A stretch of DNA of 64,000 bases from Candidatus Omnitrophota bacterium. GTDB taxonomy: Bacteria > Omnitrophota > Gorgyraeia > 2-01-FULL-45-10. The DNA is taken from assembly GCA_030695905.1 (NCBI GenBank), contig JAUYOL010000043.1:998-64997 (forward strand), in the 5' to 3' direction. The notes below the pieces were generated by a model. That model saw only the letters and a program-made list of their open reading frames with translations, was not told the DNA's origin and ran no database searches. This document shows, one piece after another, positions 28,708 through 38,659 of the stretch (its first letter is position 1; the number at the start of each line of letters is the position of its first letter). Position numbers and translations under genes: made by a program.

Positions 28708-29546
28708 TTCTTCCTTCGAAATTTCGCCCTTATTATTACCGCCGCGAGATTCATTATTATTACAAGCCCCACGAGAACGAGTGCGGTGCCGTATCTATAA
28801 CTTTCGCTTATGTTCGGTATCTGTGTTGATATTATGTACAAGTGATATGGCAGCGCCATAGCCTGATCAAAAACGCTATTTGGAATATTGGGAAGATAAA
28901 ATGCCGCGACTGTAAATAATATAGGCGCGGTTTCGCCCGCGACACGTCCTATGCTAAGAATGGCGCCCGTTAGAATTCCGGGAAGCGCGAATGGCAATAC
29001 CGAATGCCTTATAGTCTGCCATCTCGTTGTGCCTAAAGACAGGCTCACCTCTCTGAAAGATTTAGGAACCGCGCGCAGCGCTTCCCTGGTGGTGGTGATA
29101 ATAACAGGCAGTGTCATTATGCCCAAAGTGAGCGACCCGGATATTATAGATACGCCGAATTTAAAAAATATTACAAAAAGGCTTAGTCCGAAAAGCCCAT
29201 AAACTACCGAAGAAACTCCTGCGAGATTTATTATTGCCAGATTGATCATTCTGGTCAGCGTGTTATCCTTTGCGTATTCATTCAGGTAGATAGCCGCCAT
29301 AACTCCTATCGGAAGCGAGAAGGCTATTGAACCTATCACAAGATAAAAGGTTCCTATTATGGCCGGGAATATTCCGCCGGCGCGCATGCCGTCCCGCGGC
29401 ATAGAAAATAGAAATTCCCACGTTATGGCTGTCCATCCTTTCGATATGATTAAGAATACTATAAATATGACCGGGACCACTACGAGCAGCGTCGCCACCA
29501 ATAGCGTTGTAAATCCTATCTTTTCTTTTAAGCGGACGTCTATCAC
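28701..29546 (-). CDS. pstA: Phosphate ABC permease PstA
   Basis: GGIFPAIIGT, IYLNEYA, NLAGVSSVVYGLFG, GRVAGETAP. Confidence 0.93.
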   Translation of the reverse strand: MIDVRLKEKIGFTTLLVATLLVVVPVIFIVFLIISKGWTAITWEFLFSMPRDGMRAGGIFPAIIGTFYLVIGSIAFSLPIGVMAAIYLNEYAKDNTLTRMINLAIINLAGVSSVVYGLFGLSLFVIFFKFGVSIISGSLTLGIMTLPVIITTTREALRAVPKSFREVSLSLGTTRWQTIRHSVLPFALPGILTGAILSIGRVAGETAPILFTVAAFYLPNIPNSVFDQAMALPYHLYIISTQIPNISESYRYGTALVLVGLVIIMNLAAVIIRAKFRRKKW

Positions 29547-30418
29547 TTCTTCTCCTTATTAAGAAAAAGATCTGCCGTAACATTTATCGCAAAAGATATA
29601 ACAAAAAGCACTATGCCTATTGCGAATAAAGCATAATAGTGTTCGCTGCCTCTTACCGTTTCGCCCATTTCGGCGGCTATCGTGGCTGTTAATGTCCGTA
29701 CAGGCCTTAAGAATGTGTGCGGTATTACCGCTGCATTTCCGGTTATCATCATTACAGCCATCGTCTCCCCTATTACCCTGCCTATACCCAGCATGGACGC
29801 CGCTATTATTCCCGGCAAAGCTCCGTGCATAACTACCCTATAAAGGGTTTGCCAGTGTGTTGCCCCCAAGGCAATCGCGCCTTCTTTGTATTGCCGTGGC
29901 ACAGCGTTTATCGCGTCTTCAGATATGCTTATTATCGTAGGAAGGGCCATGAATGCAAGCATGATAGAGCCGGATAGGGCCGTTAACCCAGTCGGTATCT
30001 TAAATATAAATTTTATAAATGGCACCAAGGTCACCATTCCTATAAAACCTAGCACTACGGAAGGTATGGCGGATAATATTTCCACGCAGGATTTGAGGGC
30101 GTCGCGCACCTTGGGCGATGCAACATCCGCTATATAGAACGCAGAGCATATCCCTAACGGCACCGATATCAGCACAGCGCCTAATGTAACAAGTAAAGAT
30201 CCTAGTATAAGAGGAAGTATCCCGAGTTTTGGCGGGTCGGAAATCGGGTACCAAAATTTGCCGCTTACGAATTCCCACAAGGAGACGTGCTTAAAAAGCG
30301 ATATGCCTTCTTTTAGAAGAAATACGAATATTAGTAAAACAAACACTATAGAAGCTATTCCGCTCAAGAATATAAGTTTTTCTATAATGAATTCTTTTAT
30401 TCTATTTGCTATTGTCAT
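29543..30418 (-). CDS. pstC: Phosphate ABC permease PstC
   Basis: IPSVVLGF, PTIISISEDA, GRVIGETMAV. Confidence 0.93.
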   Translation of the reverse strand: MTIANRIKEFIIEKLIFLSGIASIVFVLLIFVFLLKEGISLFKHVSLWEFVSGKFWYPISDPPKLGILPLILGSLLVTLGAVLISVPLGICSAFYIADVASPKVRDALKSCVEILSAIPSVVLGFIGMVTLVPFIKFIFKIPTGLTALSGSIMLAFMALPTIISISEDAINAVPRQYKEGAIALGATHWQTLYRVVMHGALPGIIAASMLGIGRVIGETMAVMMITGNAAVIPHTFLRPVRTLTATIAAEMGETVRGSEHYYALFAIGIVLFVISFAINVTADLFLNKEKK

Positions 30419-31272
30419 TTAATCGGTACAAAGTCCAGTTTTTTTACTATCTCCTGCCCTTCGTCGGAATGTACAAAGCTTATAAAATCTTTTATCGAGC
30501 CTTTGGGCTGCCCATTTGTGCACATATAGAGCGGCCTTGAGATGGGATATGCATTGCTCTTTACGCTCTCTATGTCGGGTTCCGTAAACGGGCCATGGTT
30601 AGATTTACCCACGGCTATGGTTTTTTGCTTGGGGCTAATGTAGCCCATGCCGTAATAGCCTATCGCGTTTTCGTTATTTGCTATCTCATCCGCTATAGCC
30701 TGCGAAGACGGCATTAGAAGAGCTGATGGCGAAAATTCTTCGGGCCCTTTCGGATTCCCGTTTCTCAATACATGTTCCTTGAAAAATATATGTGTCCCCG
30801 AATTTACTTCTCTGGACAGTATGACTATCGGCATATTTTTACCACCTACAGTTTGCCAATTATCGATGTTGCCCATAAATATATCTTTCAGCTGGTCGAG
30901 TGTTAAATTTTTTACCGGATTCTTAGGATTGACTACTACAGCGAGGCCGTCGAGCGCTACTATGTCTTGAACTGGCTTAATGCCCTTGTTTTCGGCCTGT
31001 TTAATCTCCTTATCGGCCATTGCGCGCGAAGATTCGGCTATGTCGCATGTTCCGCTTATTAAGGCTGCTATACCCGTTCCTGATCCTCCGCCCGTTATTG
31101 ATATGTTAATATCGGGATGGAGCTTGTTGAACTCCTCGGCCCATCCCTGCCCTAAATTCACCATTGTGTCAGAGCCTTTTATCTGGATGGTATCTTCAGC
31201 ATAAGAAGTTACGGTTATCGATAGTATCGCCGCGGCCATAGCGATTGTTTGTAAATATTTTCTCATATGCAT
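30415..31272 (-). CDS. pstS: Phosphate-binding protein PstS
   Basis: IKGSDTM, GGGSGTGI, SSR, SREVNSGT, YPISRPLY. Confidence 0.93.
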   Translation of the reverse strand: MHMRKYLQTIAMAAAILSITVTSYAEDTIQIKGSDTMVNLGQGWAEEFNKLHPDINISITGGGSGTGIAALISGTCDIAESSRAMADKEIKQAENKGIKPVQDIVALDGLAVVVNPKNPVKNLTLDQLKDIFMGNIDNWQTVGGKNMPIVILSREVNSGTHIFFKEHVLRNGNPKGPEEFSPSALLMPSSQAIADEIANNENAIGYYGMGYISPKQKTIAVGKSNHGPFTEPDIESVKSNAYPISRPLYMCTNGQPKGSIKDFISFVHSDEGQEIVKKLDFVPIK

Positions 31273-31281
31273 ATTCTCCTT

Positions 31282-31935
31282 TTAGAACGCGATCTTAATT
31301 TTTGTGCCAAGCACATTCGTATTATTCCATTTGTCTCCCCTGATTCTGTTACCCTTTAGCATATAAAATATGTCGAATTTTACATTTTTTGTCAGGTCGA
31401 ATTCTATTCCCGATGCAAATCTATTTTCGTTAAAACCGGTGCTGTCAGATGATATAAATATTTCATCCGAAGCATAAGGTGAAACCTTAATTTTTGCGAT
31501 GTCCATAGGAAGCTTAATAGAGAACTTATTTCGGTAACGGACGGAGTCATTCTTAAATCTGAAATGACGATATTCGAGCCGGTTTCGGTCATCTATTTTG
31601 AATTTCCATAGATCAAATTTTAGGGTGGCAGTTGCGTTGGGTTGATCCTCTTCTCTCCATTTGTGCTTGTATTTTTCGAGAACCAAACGATAGCCCAGCC
31701 CGATGTCCAGTCTCTTATCAAAACCAAAAATGAATCCCCAGTCATAATGTTGATAATAAAATTCACCCGCATTTTCACCGAAGCGAAATTCCTGCTCCAT
31801 GAAGAATTTCACATCCTTAGCTATCTTTACTTCCTCGACATCCGTATTCCATATCTGAAAATCGCCGTTTTCATAGGCGTAGGCGTTAGCACCTATCGAT
31901 GCTATCAGCGCCACAATGCACAACATCTTCTTCAT
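31282..31935 (-). CDS. Outer-membrane beta-barrel protein (DUF2490-like)
   Basis: Signal peptide ending AYA; alternating strands; RNRLEYR..RYRN; terminal Phe (KIAF). Confidence 0.75.
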   Translation of the reverse strand: MKKMLCIVALIASIGANAYAYENGDFQIWNTDVEEVKIAKDVKFFMEQEFRFGENAGEFYYQHYDWGFIFGFDKRLDIGLGYRLVLEKYKHKWREEDQPNATATLKFDLWKFKIDDRNRLEYRHFRFKNDSVRYRNKFSIKLPMDIAKIKVSPYASDEIFISSDSTGFNENRFASGIEFDLTKNVKFDIFYMLKGNRIRGDKWNNTNVLGTKIKIAF

Positions 31936-31980
31936 ATACTTCCTTTCTGCCTCCATATGGGCTTTTCTACTTCTTGAGGA

Positions 31981-32034
31981 AGTATACGATATCAATGTGA
32001 CAGAATCTTTAAGGGTTTGTGAATTATGTGTGAA
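31981..32034 (-). promoter_or_regulatory. PHO-box array with -10 element
   Basis: TTCACA, TTCACA, TTAAAG, GTCACA at exact 11-bp periodicity, then TATACT; lies between phoR and the barrel-pst operon. Confidence 0.8.
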
Positions 32035-32050
32035 TCTAAAAGGCATGGCC

Positions 32051-33820
32051 TTAAACCGTTGGTATAGTGAAGCTGAATATAGAGCCGTTGCCGGGCGCGG
32101 ATTTTACCCAAACTTCCCCGCCGTGCGCCTGGATTATGTGTTTTACTATCGAAAGCCCAAGTCCCGTGCCGCCAAGTTCCCTCGAGCGAGCCTTATCCAC
32201 ACGATAGAAGCGCTCGAATATTCTGGGTAAATCTTTTTCGGGTATACCTATTCCGGTGTCTGAGACATCCAGCTTAACGAAACCGTTATCCTGGGAGCCG
32301 TGTATTTTTATAGACCCTTCTTTCGGAGTGTATTTTATCGCATTGTCCATTAAATTTAATACAGCCTGGGTAAGCCTGCTTTCATCTGCCAGTACCTTCG
32401 GCAGGTTTCCTGGAATATCTATCGTTATATTAATAGATTTGTCATGGGCCGATTTTTTCAATATTTCCAAGACTTTTGTCACAACTATCTTTGAGTCAAT
32501 TGACAGGAGGACCATCTTCATCTTGCCAGATTCTATTCTGGAAATATCCAGCAGATCGTCTATTAATTTCGCCAGCCGGTCGCTCTCGCGATATATGATA
32601 TTTATAAAATCCATCGCGTGCGGCTTGTCCTCAATGGCGCCCCCAAGCAGTGTCTCGGAATATCCTTTTATATTGGAAAGAGGGGTTCGTAATTCATGAG
32701 ACACATTTGCGACAAAATCCTGCCTGACGCGTTCAAGACGCTTTAATTCCGTTATATCGTGGAAGACCAGGATTATGCCTTCCATAGTGCCATTCTTTAT
32801 TATAGGAACGCCGCTTATCCTCACAATCTTTTCTTCAGGCGTGTTTGTCGCTATCTCGGTTATTAGCGCATTTTTTTCTCTCATTATGCGGTCTACCATA
32901 TCCTGTATATCATTGTTTCTCACCACCTCTATAAGCCGCTTGCCTTCGGCTGAAGAATCGATGAAAAATAGTTTTCTCAAAGACGGATTAATCATGATTA
33001 TGTTGCCGCTTTTATCGGTCAATATCACTCCTTCAAACATGCTCGATATAACAGCGTCCAATTTTGCCTCTTCATAAGAGATCTTTCCCGCTTTGTTCTC
33101 TACCTCTTCCGCCATGTAATTTAATGCTTCCGCTAAAGCGCCTATCTCATCATTTGATTGTTTATATATTCTTTTTGAAAAATTCCCTTTTGCCATTTGT
33201 TTAGCCACATCAGACATTTCAGACAAAGGCTTGGAGATCATTATCGATATAATGGCGCCCAAGATAAGTGTTAGTATAATGGCGAGAACCAAGGCAACAG
33301 CTATTATCTTTTGTATTTTTAGTTCGATAAGTTCTATTTCAGATAGCGGCATGGCAAGTCGTAAAAACCCCATCGAGCCATTTTCGCCCAGGGGCGTGGC
33401 CATATATAACATGTGGGTTTTTCTGGTTGTGCTGAATCGCTTGCTTTCACCAAATTCTCTTTTTAACGCATCCTGAATTTCAGGCCTTTTCATGTGATTT
33501 TCTACATCACGCAGATCACTTCCGGCCAACTCGGAGTCACCGGTAACTATGCCATCAGGGCTTATTATAGTCGCTCTTACATCAAGAGATTTTCCGATCC
33601 GGTTTGCGAGCATAGACGCATTGGCAGGACCTATACTTGATCTAAGTTCATTTTCTATTAAGTTTTTGTTTAAGAGTAGATCGTGCTTAAGGCTGTATTT
33701 TATGCGTTGTTCAAGATATTCTTTTAGGTGGTCATTTATGTAGAAATACAGAACAGCAAGTACCAAAAATATAATTAAGCAGAAAATTGAGGTGAGTTTC
33801 CAGGAAAGTTTAATTTTCAT
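32051..33820 (-). CDS. phoR: Phosphate regulon sensor kinase PhoR (sCache-HAMP-PAS-HisKA-HATPase)
   Basis: FVANVSHELRTPL, NLMDNAIKY, DTGIGI, RFYRVDKARSR.LGGTGLGL. Confidence 0.92.
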   Translation of the reverse strand: MKIKLSWKLTSIFCLIIFLVLAVLYFYINDHLKEYLEQRIKYSLKHDLLLNKNLIENELRSSIGPANASMLANRIGKSLDVRATIISPDGIVTGDSELAGSDLRDVENHMKRPEIQDALKREFGESKRFSTTRKTHMLYMATPLGENGSMGFLRLAMPLSEIELIELKIQKIIAVALVLAIILTLILGAIISIMISKPLSEMSDVAKQMAKGNFSKRIYKQSNDEIGALAEALNYMAEEVENKAGKISYEEAKLDAVISSMFEGVILTDKSGNIIMINPSLRKLFFIDSSAEGKRLIEVVRNNDIQDMVDRIMREKNALITEIATNTPEEKIVRISGVPIIKNGTMEGIILVFHDITELKRLERVRQDFVANVSHELRTPLSNIKGYSETLLGGAIEDKPHAMDFINIIYRESDRLAKLIDDLLDISRIESGKMKMVLLSIDSKIVVTKVLEILKKSAHDKSINITIDIPGNLPKVLADESRLTQAVLNLMDNAIKYTPKEGSIKIHGSQDNGFVKLDVSDTGIGIPEKDLPRIFERFYRVDKARSRELGGTGLGLSIVKHIIQAHGGEVWVKSAPGNGSIFSFTIPTV

Positions 33821-34505
33821 CAGCCTCTCTAATCCTATAGCCCATTCCCCTTACAGTTTCGATCATATCTCCTGCTTTCCCAAGCTTTTCCCTCAGTTTC
33901 TTTACGTGTGTATCTATGGTCCTGGTATTTATCATAGTATCGATATTCCATACATCATTGAGTAGCTTATCTCTATCCTGCACCCTTCCCTGTCTTTCCA
34001 TTAGAGTCAAGAGCAGTCTAAATTCCATATTGGTAAGCGCTACATCTTTATTTTTAACAGTTACTCTATGTTTTGGAATATCTACAGATATGTCACCTAT
34101 GGTTATCAACTCTTTCTTTTGCTCGTCTGTCTTACCCCTTTTTAATATAGCCTTTATCCTTAATACAAGTTCTCTGGGGCTGAATGGCTTTACCATATAA
34201 TCATCGGCTCCAAGCTCAAGGCCAACTATTTTGTCAACCTCTTCGCCTTTGGCTGTAAGCATTATTATCGGCATATTTCTGGTTTTCGGGTATTGTTTTA
34301 TTTTGCGGCATACCTCGAATCCGTCGATGCCGGGCAGCATTATATCGAGAATCATAAGATCAAAGGCCTGTTTTTCAAGGATAGATATGGCCTCTTCACC
34401 TGTTTTTACTGTTGTGCAGTCATATCCGGCCTTTTCCAGGTTATACCGGATAAGTTTGGCTATATTTTTTTCATCCTCGACTATCAATATGCGCACTTTG
34501 GGCAT
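33810..34505 (-). CDS. phoB: Phosphate regulon response regulator PhoB/PhoP (OmpR family)
   Basis: VEDE, LDIMLPG, LTAK, KPFS, TRTIDTH, TVRGMGY; adjacent to phoR. Confidence 0.9.
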   Translation of the reverse strand: MPKVRILIVEDEKNIAKLIRYNLEKAGYDCTTVKTGEEAISILEKQAFDLMILDIMLPGIDGFEVCRKIKQYPKTRNMPIIMLTAKGEEVDKIVGLELGADDYMVKPFSPRELVLRIKAILKRGKTDEQKKELITIGDISVDIPKHRVTVKNKDVALTNMEFRLLLTLMERQGRVQDRDKLLNDVWNIDTMINTRTIDTHVKKLREKLGKAGDMIETVRGMGYRIREADEN

Positions 34506-34613
34506 CGTATTTTTCTTCCTGTTAATTCGTATCATAGCATACAAACAGTGTATGTCAAATTTGTTTTTTACCCCATATATGATATACTTATTACTACAAA
34601 AAAGGACTAAAAA

Positions 34614-35852
34614 ATGAAGAATGTTATAGCGTTGATTTTGGGCGGTGGGCAGGGCAAGAGGCTCTTCCCTCTTACAATGGTCAGGTCAAAACCGGCTGTC
34701 CCGATAGGGGGTAAATACCGCCTTATAGATATGCCCATAAGTAATTGTCTGCACTCGGATATAAAGAGTATTTATGTGCTAACACAGTTTAACTCCGAGT
34801 CTTTAAATAACCACATAAATGCTACCTATCGTTTCGATTTCTTTTCAAGGGCATTTGTCAGGATACTTGCCGCCGAACAGACTCTGGAGGGCGCCAACTG
34901 GTTCCAGGGCACAGCCGATGCTGTCAGGAAAAACATACTCCATCTTAATCTTCGCAATAATGACCAGGATATTCTGATACTTTCCGGCGACCATATATAC
35001 GATATGGATTATCACGAATTGATACACTTTCACAGGGCCAAGAACGCCGATTTCACGGTTTCTGTTGTGCCTGTATGCTCAGATGAAGTTAAAGAACTGG
35101 GTATATTAAAACTGGCCGGCAATAAGCGTATCACTAAATTTAAGGAAAAACCGAATACGCCGGCAGAGTTAAGGAATTTGAAATTTAAGAGCTCAAAAAA
35201 TTCTAAATGTCCGTATCTTGCCTCAATGGGAGTCTATGTCTTCAAGGCCAGCGCCCTTAAGAAAGCGCTTGAGGGTAATGATACGGATTTTGGCCGTGAA
35301 GTCATACCTCATTCGATAAAGAAGTTTAAAGGTTTTGGGTATATATTTGAGGGCTATTGGAAAGACATAGGAACGATAAAGTCTTTTTATGAAGTTAATC
35401 TGGAGATAGCCGCCTCAAAGCCTAATCTGGCGTTTTTGTACAAAGGCCGTGTATTTACCAGGCCCAGGTTTCTCTCCCCCTCCAGAATCTCCAATTGTCG
35501 TATAGAGCAGGCACTGATCACCGAAGGCTGTGTAATCAATGATGCCGAGATAAAACACTCCACAATCGGACTGCGAAGCATTATAGGAAAGGGATGTAAG
35601 ATAAGTAAGAGCGTTATAATGGGCTCTGATTATTATGAAGATTCTCACGGTAAGGAAGCGGTAAAGATAGGTATAGGAGATGGTTCGACCATTGAGAACG
35701 CGATAATAGACAAAAATGCCAGGATAGGCAAAAACGTGATAATAAAAAATATAAATAATATTAAGAATATAGACGACAGCTGTTATTATATTAGAGATGG
35801 AATAGTAGTGATACCGAAGAATATGGTTATAAAGGACGGCACTAAGATTTAG
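34614..35852 (+). CDS. glgC: Glucose-1-phosphate adenylyltransferase
   Basis: GGGQGKRLFPLT..RSKPAVP.GGKYRLID, WFQGTADAV, FKEKP, ASMGVY, C-terminal beta-helix. Confidence 0.95.
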   Translation: MKNVIALILGGGQGKRLFPLTMVRSKPAVPIGGKYRLIDMPISNCLHSDIKSIYVLTQFNSESLNNHINATYRFDFFSRAFVRILAAEQTLEGANWFQGTADAVRKNILHLNLRNNDQDILILSGDHIYDMDYHELIHFHRAKNADFTVSVVPVCSDEVKELGILKLAGNKRITKFKEKPNTPAELRNLKFKSSKNSKCPYLASMGVYVFKASALKKALEGNDTDFGREVIPHSIKKFKGFGYIFEGYWKDIGTIKSFYEVNLEIAASKPNLAFLYKGRVFTRPRFLSPSRISNCRIEQALITEGCVINDAEIKHSTIGLRSIIGKGCKISKSVIMGSDYYEDSHGKEAVKIGIGDGSTIENAIIDKNARIGKNVIIKNINNIKNIDDSCYYIRDGIVVIPKNMVIKDGTKI

Positions 35853-35894
35853 ATTGCCTGCCGGTCAGGCAGGCTTCGCTTCGCTCGCAATGAC
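35851..35894. repeat. Composite palindromic repeat: CCTGCC-type hairpin within a GTCATTGCGAG-type REP-like element
   Basis: AGATTG-[CCTGCCGGTCAGGCAGG]-CTTCGCTTCGCTCGCAATGAC between convergent genes. Confidence 0.6.
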
Positions 35895-36749
35895 GGTCAT
35901 GATTTTGTTGATAGTTCCTATCTTGTCTAAAGCCCACAATGGGGCGATGTGACTTTCTTTATCTCCCTGCCCTGTCAATCTTTGGATAATCACATCCGGC
36001 CCAAGGTGCCTAAGAAATTCGCATACCAGGTCCACATATTCATTCTGCTCCAATAGCTTTATCTTTCCCTCATCGTATAATTTTTCGAGCTTACTTCCCT
36101 TTAATATGTGAAGAACGTGTATCTTTATGCCGTCTATCTTAAGCCCTGCAAGGGTTTTGGCGGTTTCTATAATATCTTCTTTTGTTTCTCCGGGTAGTCC
36201 CAATATTACGTGCGCGGATACCGGAATATCAAATTGCCTCGTGACCCTGACCGCTTGCAAGAAATCCGAAAATGCATGCCCTCTATTTATCAGTTTAAGC
36301 GTCTTATTATGGATAGATTGAAGTCCATATTCTATCCATACTTCATATTTATCCTTATATGAAGATATGAGTCTCAGTTTTTCTTTGTCTACCTCGTCCG
36401 GACGCGTGCCTATCGATATTCCGACGATATCGTTAAAATCAAGAACTCCGTCATAAACGCTCTTTAGCTTGGCCGACGGCGCATAAGTGTTTGTGAATGC
36501 CTGAAAATAGGCTATGAATTTTTTCGCGCCTTCCCTTTCTTTTAGATAATCCATGCGCGTCTGAAGCTGTTCTCTTACATTATATTTTTTATTTATATAT
36601 GATGCCCGAGAGCCGCTGAAATTGCAGTATAGACAGCCTTCTGCGCCCTTAGTTCCATCGCGATTAGGGCATGTAAATCCCGCGTCGATGGCTATGCGGT
36701 AGACCTTACAGCCGTATTTGGTTTTTAAATAATCGCTGTATAGCTTCAA
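35865..36749 (-). CDS. TIGR01212 radical SAM protein (YhcC/YtqA-like)
   Basis: DAGFTCPNRDG....GCLYC, YFQAFTNTY, IGTRPD, EYGLQS, HVILGLPGE. Confidence 0.92.
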   Translation of the reverse strand: MKLYSDYLKTKYGCKVYRIAIDAGFTCPNRDGTKGAEGCLYCNFSGSRASYINKKYNVREQLQTRMDYLKEREGAKKFIAYFQAFTNTYAPSAKLKSVYDGVLDFNDIVGISIGTRPDEVDKEKLRLISSYKDKYEVWIEYGLQSIHNKTLKLINRGHAFSDFLQAVRVTRQFDIPVSAHVILGLPGETKEDIIETAKTLAGLKIDGIKIHVLHILKGSKLEKLYDEGKIKLLEQNEYVDLVCEFLRHLGPDVIIQRLTGQGDKESHIAPLWALDKIGTINKIMTVIASEAKPA

Positions 36750-38585
36750 CTATTTTTCCCTTCGCAGCTTCTCTATCCATATCATGAGTATCGATATGGC
36801 TGCCGGAGTTACTCCCGATATGCGTGAAGCCTGGCCCAGATTTATAGGCCTTATATTGGTTAACTTTTCCTTTATTTCGTTTGAAAGGCCGTGTATAGAC
36901 TTGTAGTCTATATTTTTCGGGACTTTTATCCTCTCGAGCTTATCAAATCTTCCTATGTCACTAAGCTGCCTCTTTATGAATCCCTCATACTTAATCTCTA
37001 TCTCCACCTCATTTATTTCGTCAATAGTGAGACCGCTATTTACAGGCCGGCCCTGACAGGCCGAGGCCGCAGAATTTACGGTCCCGGTCTGGGAAACGGT
37101 TTCATGATACGATACGCCGGGTCGCCTCAATACCTTTTCAAGTCTCGTCTCTTTTAATCTCTTTATCTCGCTTTCGATATTTTCTTTCTTTTTCATAACG
37201 GCCGCATATATTTTTTCATTGACCAGGCCTATTTGATAACCTATAGGTGTAAGCCTTAAGTCGGCATTGTCTTCTCTTAGTATGAGGCGGTATTCAACCC
37301 TTGAGGTGAACATTCTGTAAGGTTCTTTCGTCCCCTTTGTCACAAGATCATCTATGAGGACACCTATATAGGCTTGTGAGCGATCCAGTATAAGTGGTTT
37401 TTTGCCGGCAACTTTAAAGGCCGCGTTTATTCCTGCCATGAGCCCGAGGCTTGCCGCTTCTTCGTATCCTGTGGTGCCGTTTATCTGTCCGGCCAGGTAT
37501 AGGCCCGATATTGATTTTGTTTCCAGCGTGGGAAGTAACTGTGTAGGGTCAACGTAATCGTATTCGATGCCGTAGCCCGGCCTCGTAATAGATGCATTCT
37601 CCAGCCCTTCAATTGAGTGGACTATCTTTTCCTGCACATCTACAGGAAGGCTTGTGGATATGCCGTTCGGGTAGTATTCGTTTGTATTTAGCCCCTCCGG
37701 CTCTACAAATATGTGGTGCCTGTCGCGATCAGGAAAGCGATGTATCTTATCTTCTATAGAAGGACAATAGCGTACGCCCGTACCTTTTATCTTGCCGGTA
37801 AACAGCGGAGACCTGTCAAGGTTCGACCTTATGATGTCATGCGTATTTTTATTGGTGTAGGTTATGTAGCACGGCAGTTGGTCAGAGACGACTCTTTTAG
37901 TTTGAAATGAAAATGGCCTGATATCGCTATCGCCATGCTGGGCGGTCATCTTTTCAAAATGTATGGTCCTGCCGTCCAATCGCGCGCAGGTTCCGGTCTT
38001 GAGGCGGCCCATATTAAGTCCAAGCCTTTCCAGCGCCGCTGATAATCCTTTCGAAGGCTCTTCACCCGCCCTACCACCCTCAAAATGCTCCATTCCTATA
38101 TGTATAACGCCGTTTAGAAATGTCCCGGGTGTGACTATCAATGTCTTGCAGTAATATATTTCGCCTAAGGAAGTCTTAATCGCGTTAACAATACCACCTT
38201 CTACTATAATGTCTTCAACCATGCCCTGCCTTACTTCCAGATTTGGCTGGCCCTCTATTACGGATTTCATATATAATCGGTATGCGTGCCTGTCTATCTG
38301 GGCCCTTGTAGATCTTACAGCAGGGCCTTTCCTTGTATTTAGGAGCCTGAATTGTATAGCAGTGGCATCGGTAGCCTTGGCCATCTGCCCGCCAAGAGCG
38401 TCTATCTCTTTTACGAGTTGCCCCTTAGCAAGGCCGCCTATGGCAGGATTGCATGACATATGGCCTATGGTATCGACATTCATTGTTACAAGAAGCGTCT
38501 TGCATCCCAATCGAGCCGATGCCAGGGCCGCTTCGCATCCAGCGTGGCCTGCGCCTATGATTATTACGTCGTATTTTTGGTTCAT
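36750..38585 (-). CDS. mnmG: tRNA uridine-5-carboxymethylaminomethyl modification enzyme MnmG (GidA)
   Basis: GAGHAGCEAA, MSCNPAIGG, RLKTGT, RYCPSIEDK, AGQINGTTGYEEAA, RMFTSR. Confidence 0.97.
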   Translation of the reverse strand: MNQKYDVIIIGAGHAGCEAALASARLGCKTLLVTMNVDTIGHMSCNPAIGGLAKGQLVKEIDALGGQMAKATDATAIQFRLLNTRKGPAVRSTRAQIDRHAYRLYMKSVIEGQPNLEVRQGMVEDIIVEGGIVNAIKTSLGEIYYCKTLIVTPGTFLNGVIHIGMEHFEGGRAGEEPSKGLSAALERLGLNMGRLKTGTCARLDGRTIHFEKMTAQHGDSDIRPFSFQTKRVVSDQLPCYITYTNKNTHDIIRSNLDRSPLFTGKIKGTGVRYCPSIEDKIHRFPDRDRHHIFVEPEGLNTNEYYPNGISTSLPVDVQEKIVHSIEGLENASITRPGYGIEYDYVDPTQLLPTLETKSISGLYLAGQINGTTGYEEAASLGLMAGINAAFKVAGKKPLILDRSQAYIGVLIDDLVTKGTKEPYRMFTSRVEYRLILREDNADLRLTPIGYQIGLVNEKIYAAVMKKKENIESEIKRLKETRLEKVLRRPGVSYHETVSQTGTVNSAASACQGRPVNSGLTIDEINEVEIEIKYEGFIKRQLSDIGRFDKLERIKVPKNIDYKSIHGLSNEIKEKLTNIRPINLGQASRISGVTPAAISILMIWIEKLRREK

Positions 38586-38659
38586 AGCCTAAGTATTTTA
38601 GCGCGAATCCACTCGGATTACAACTTGCTTTTTAGCGTTTTTTGGGGTATACTATTATT

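Noticed and set aside
27980-28861. 293-aa plus-strand ORF
   Set aside because: Antisense shadow of pstB; the same applies to the many short antisense ORFs in the track
31936-32046. Longer N-terminus for the barrel gene
   Set aside because: It would run through the PHO box and -10; the signal peptide starts at 31935
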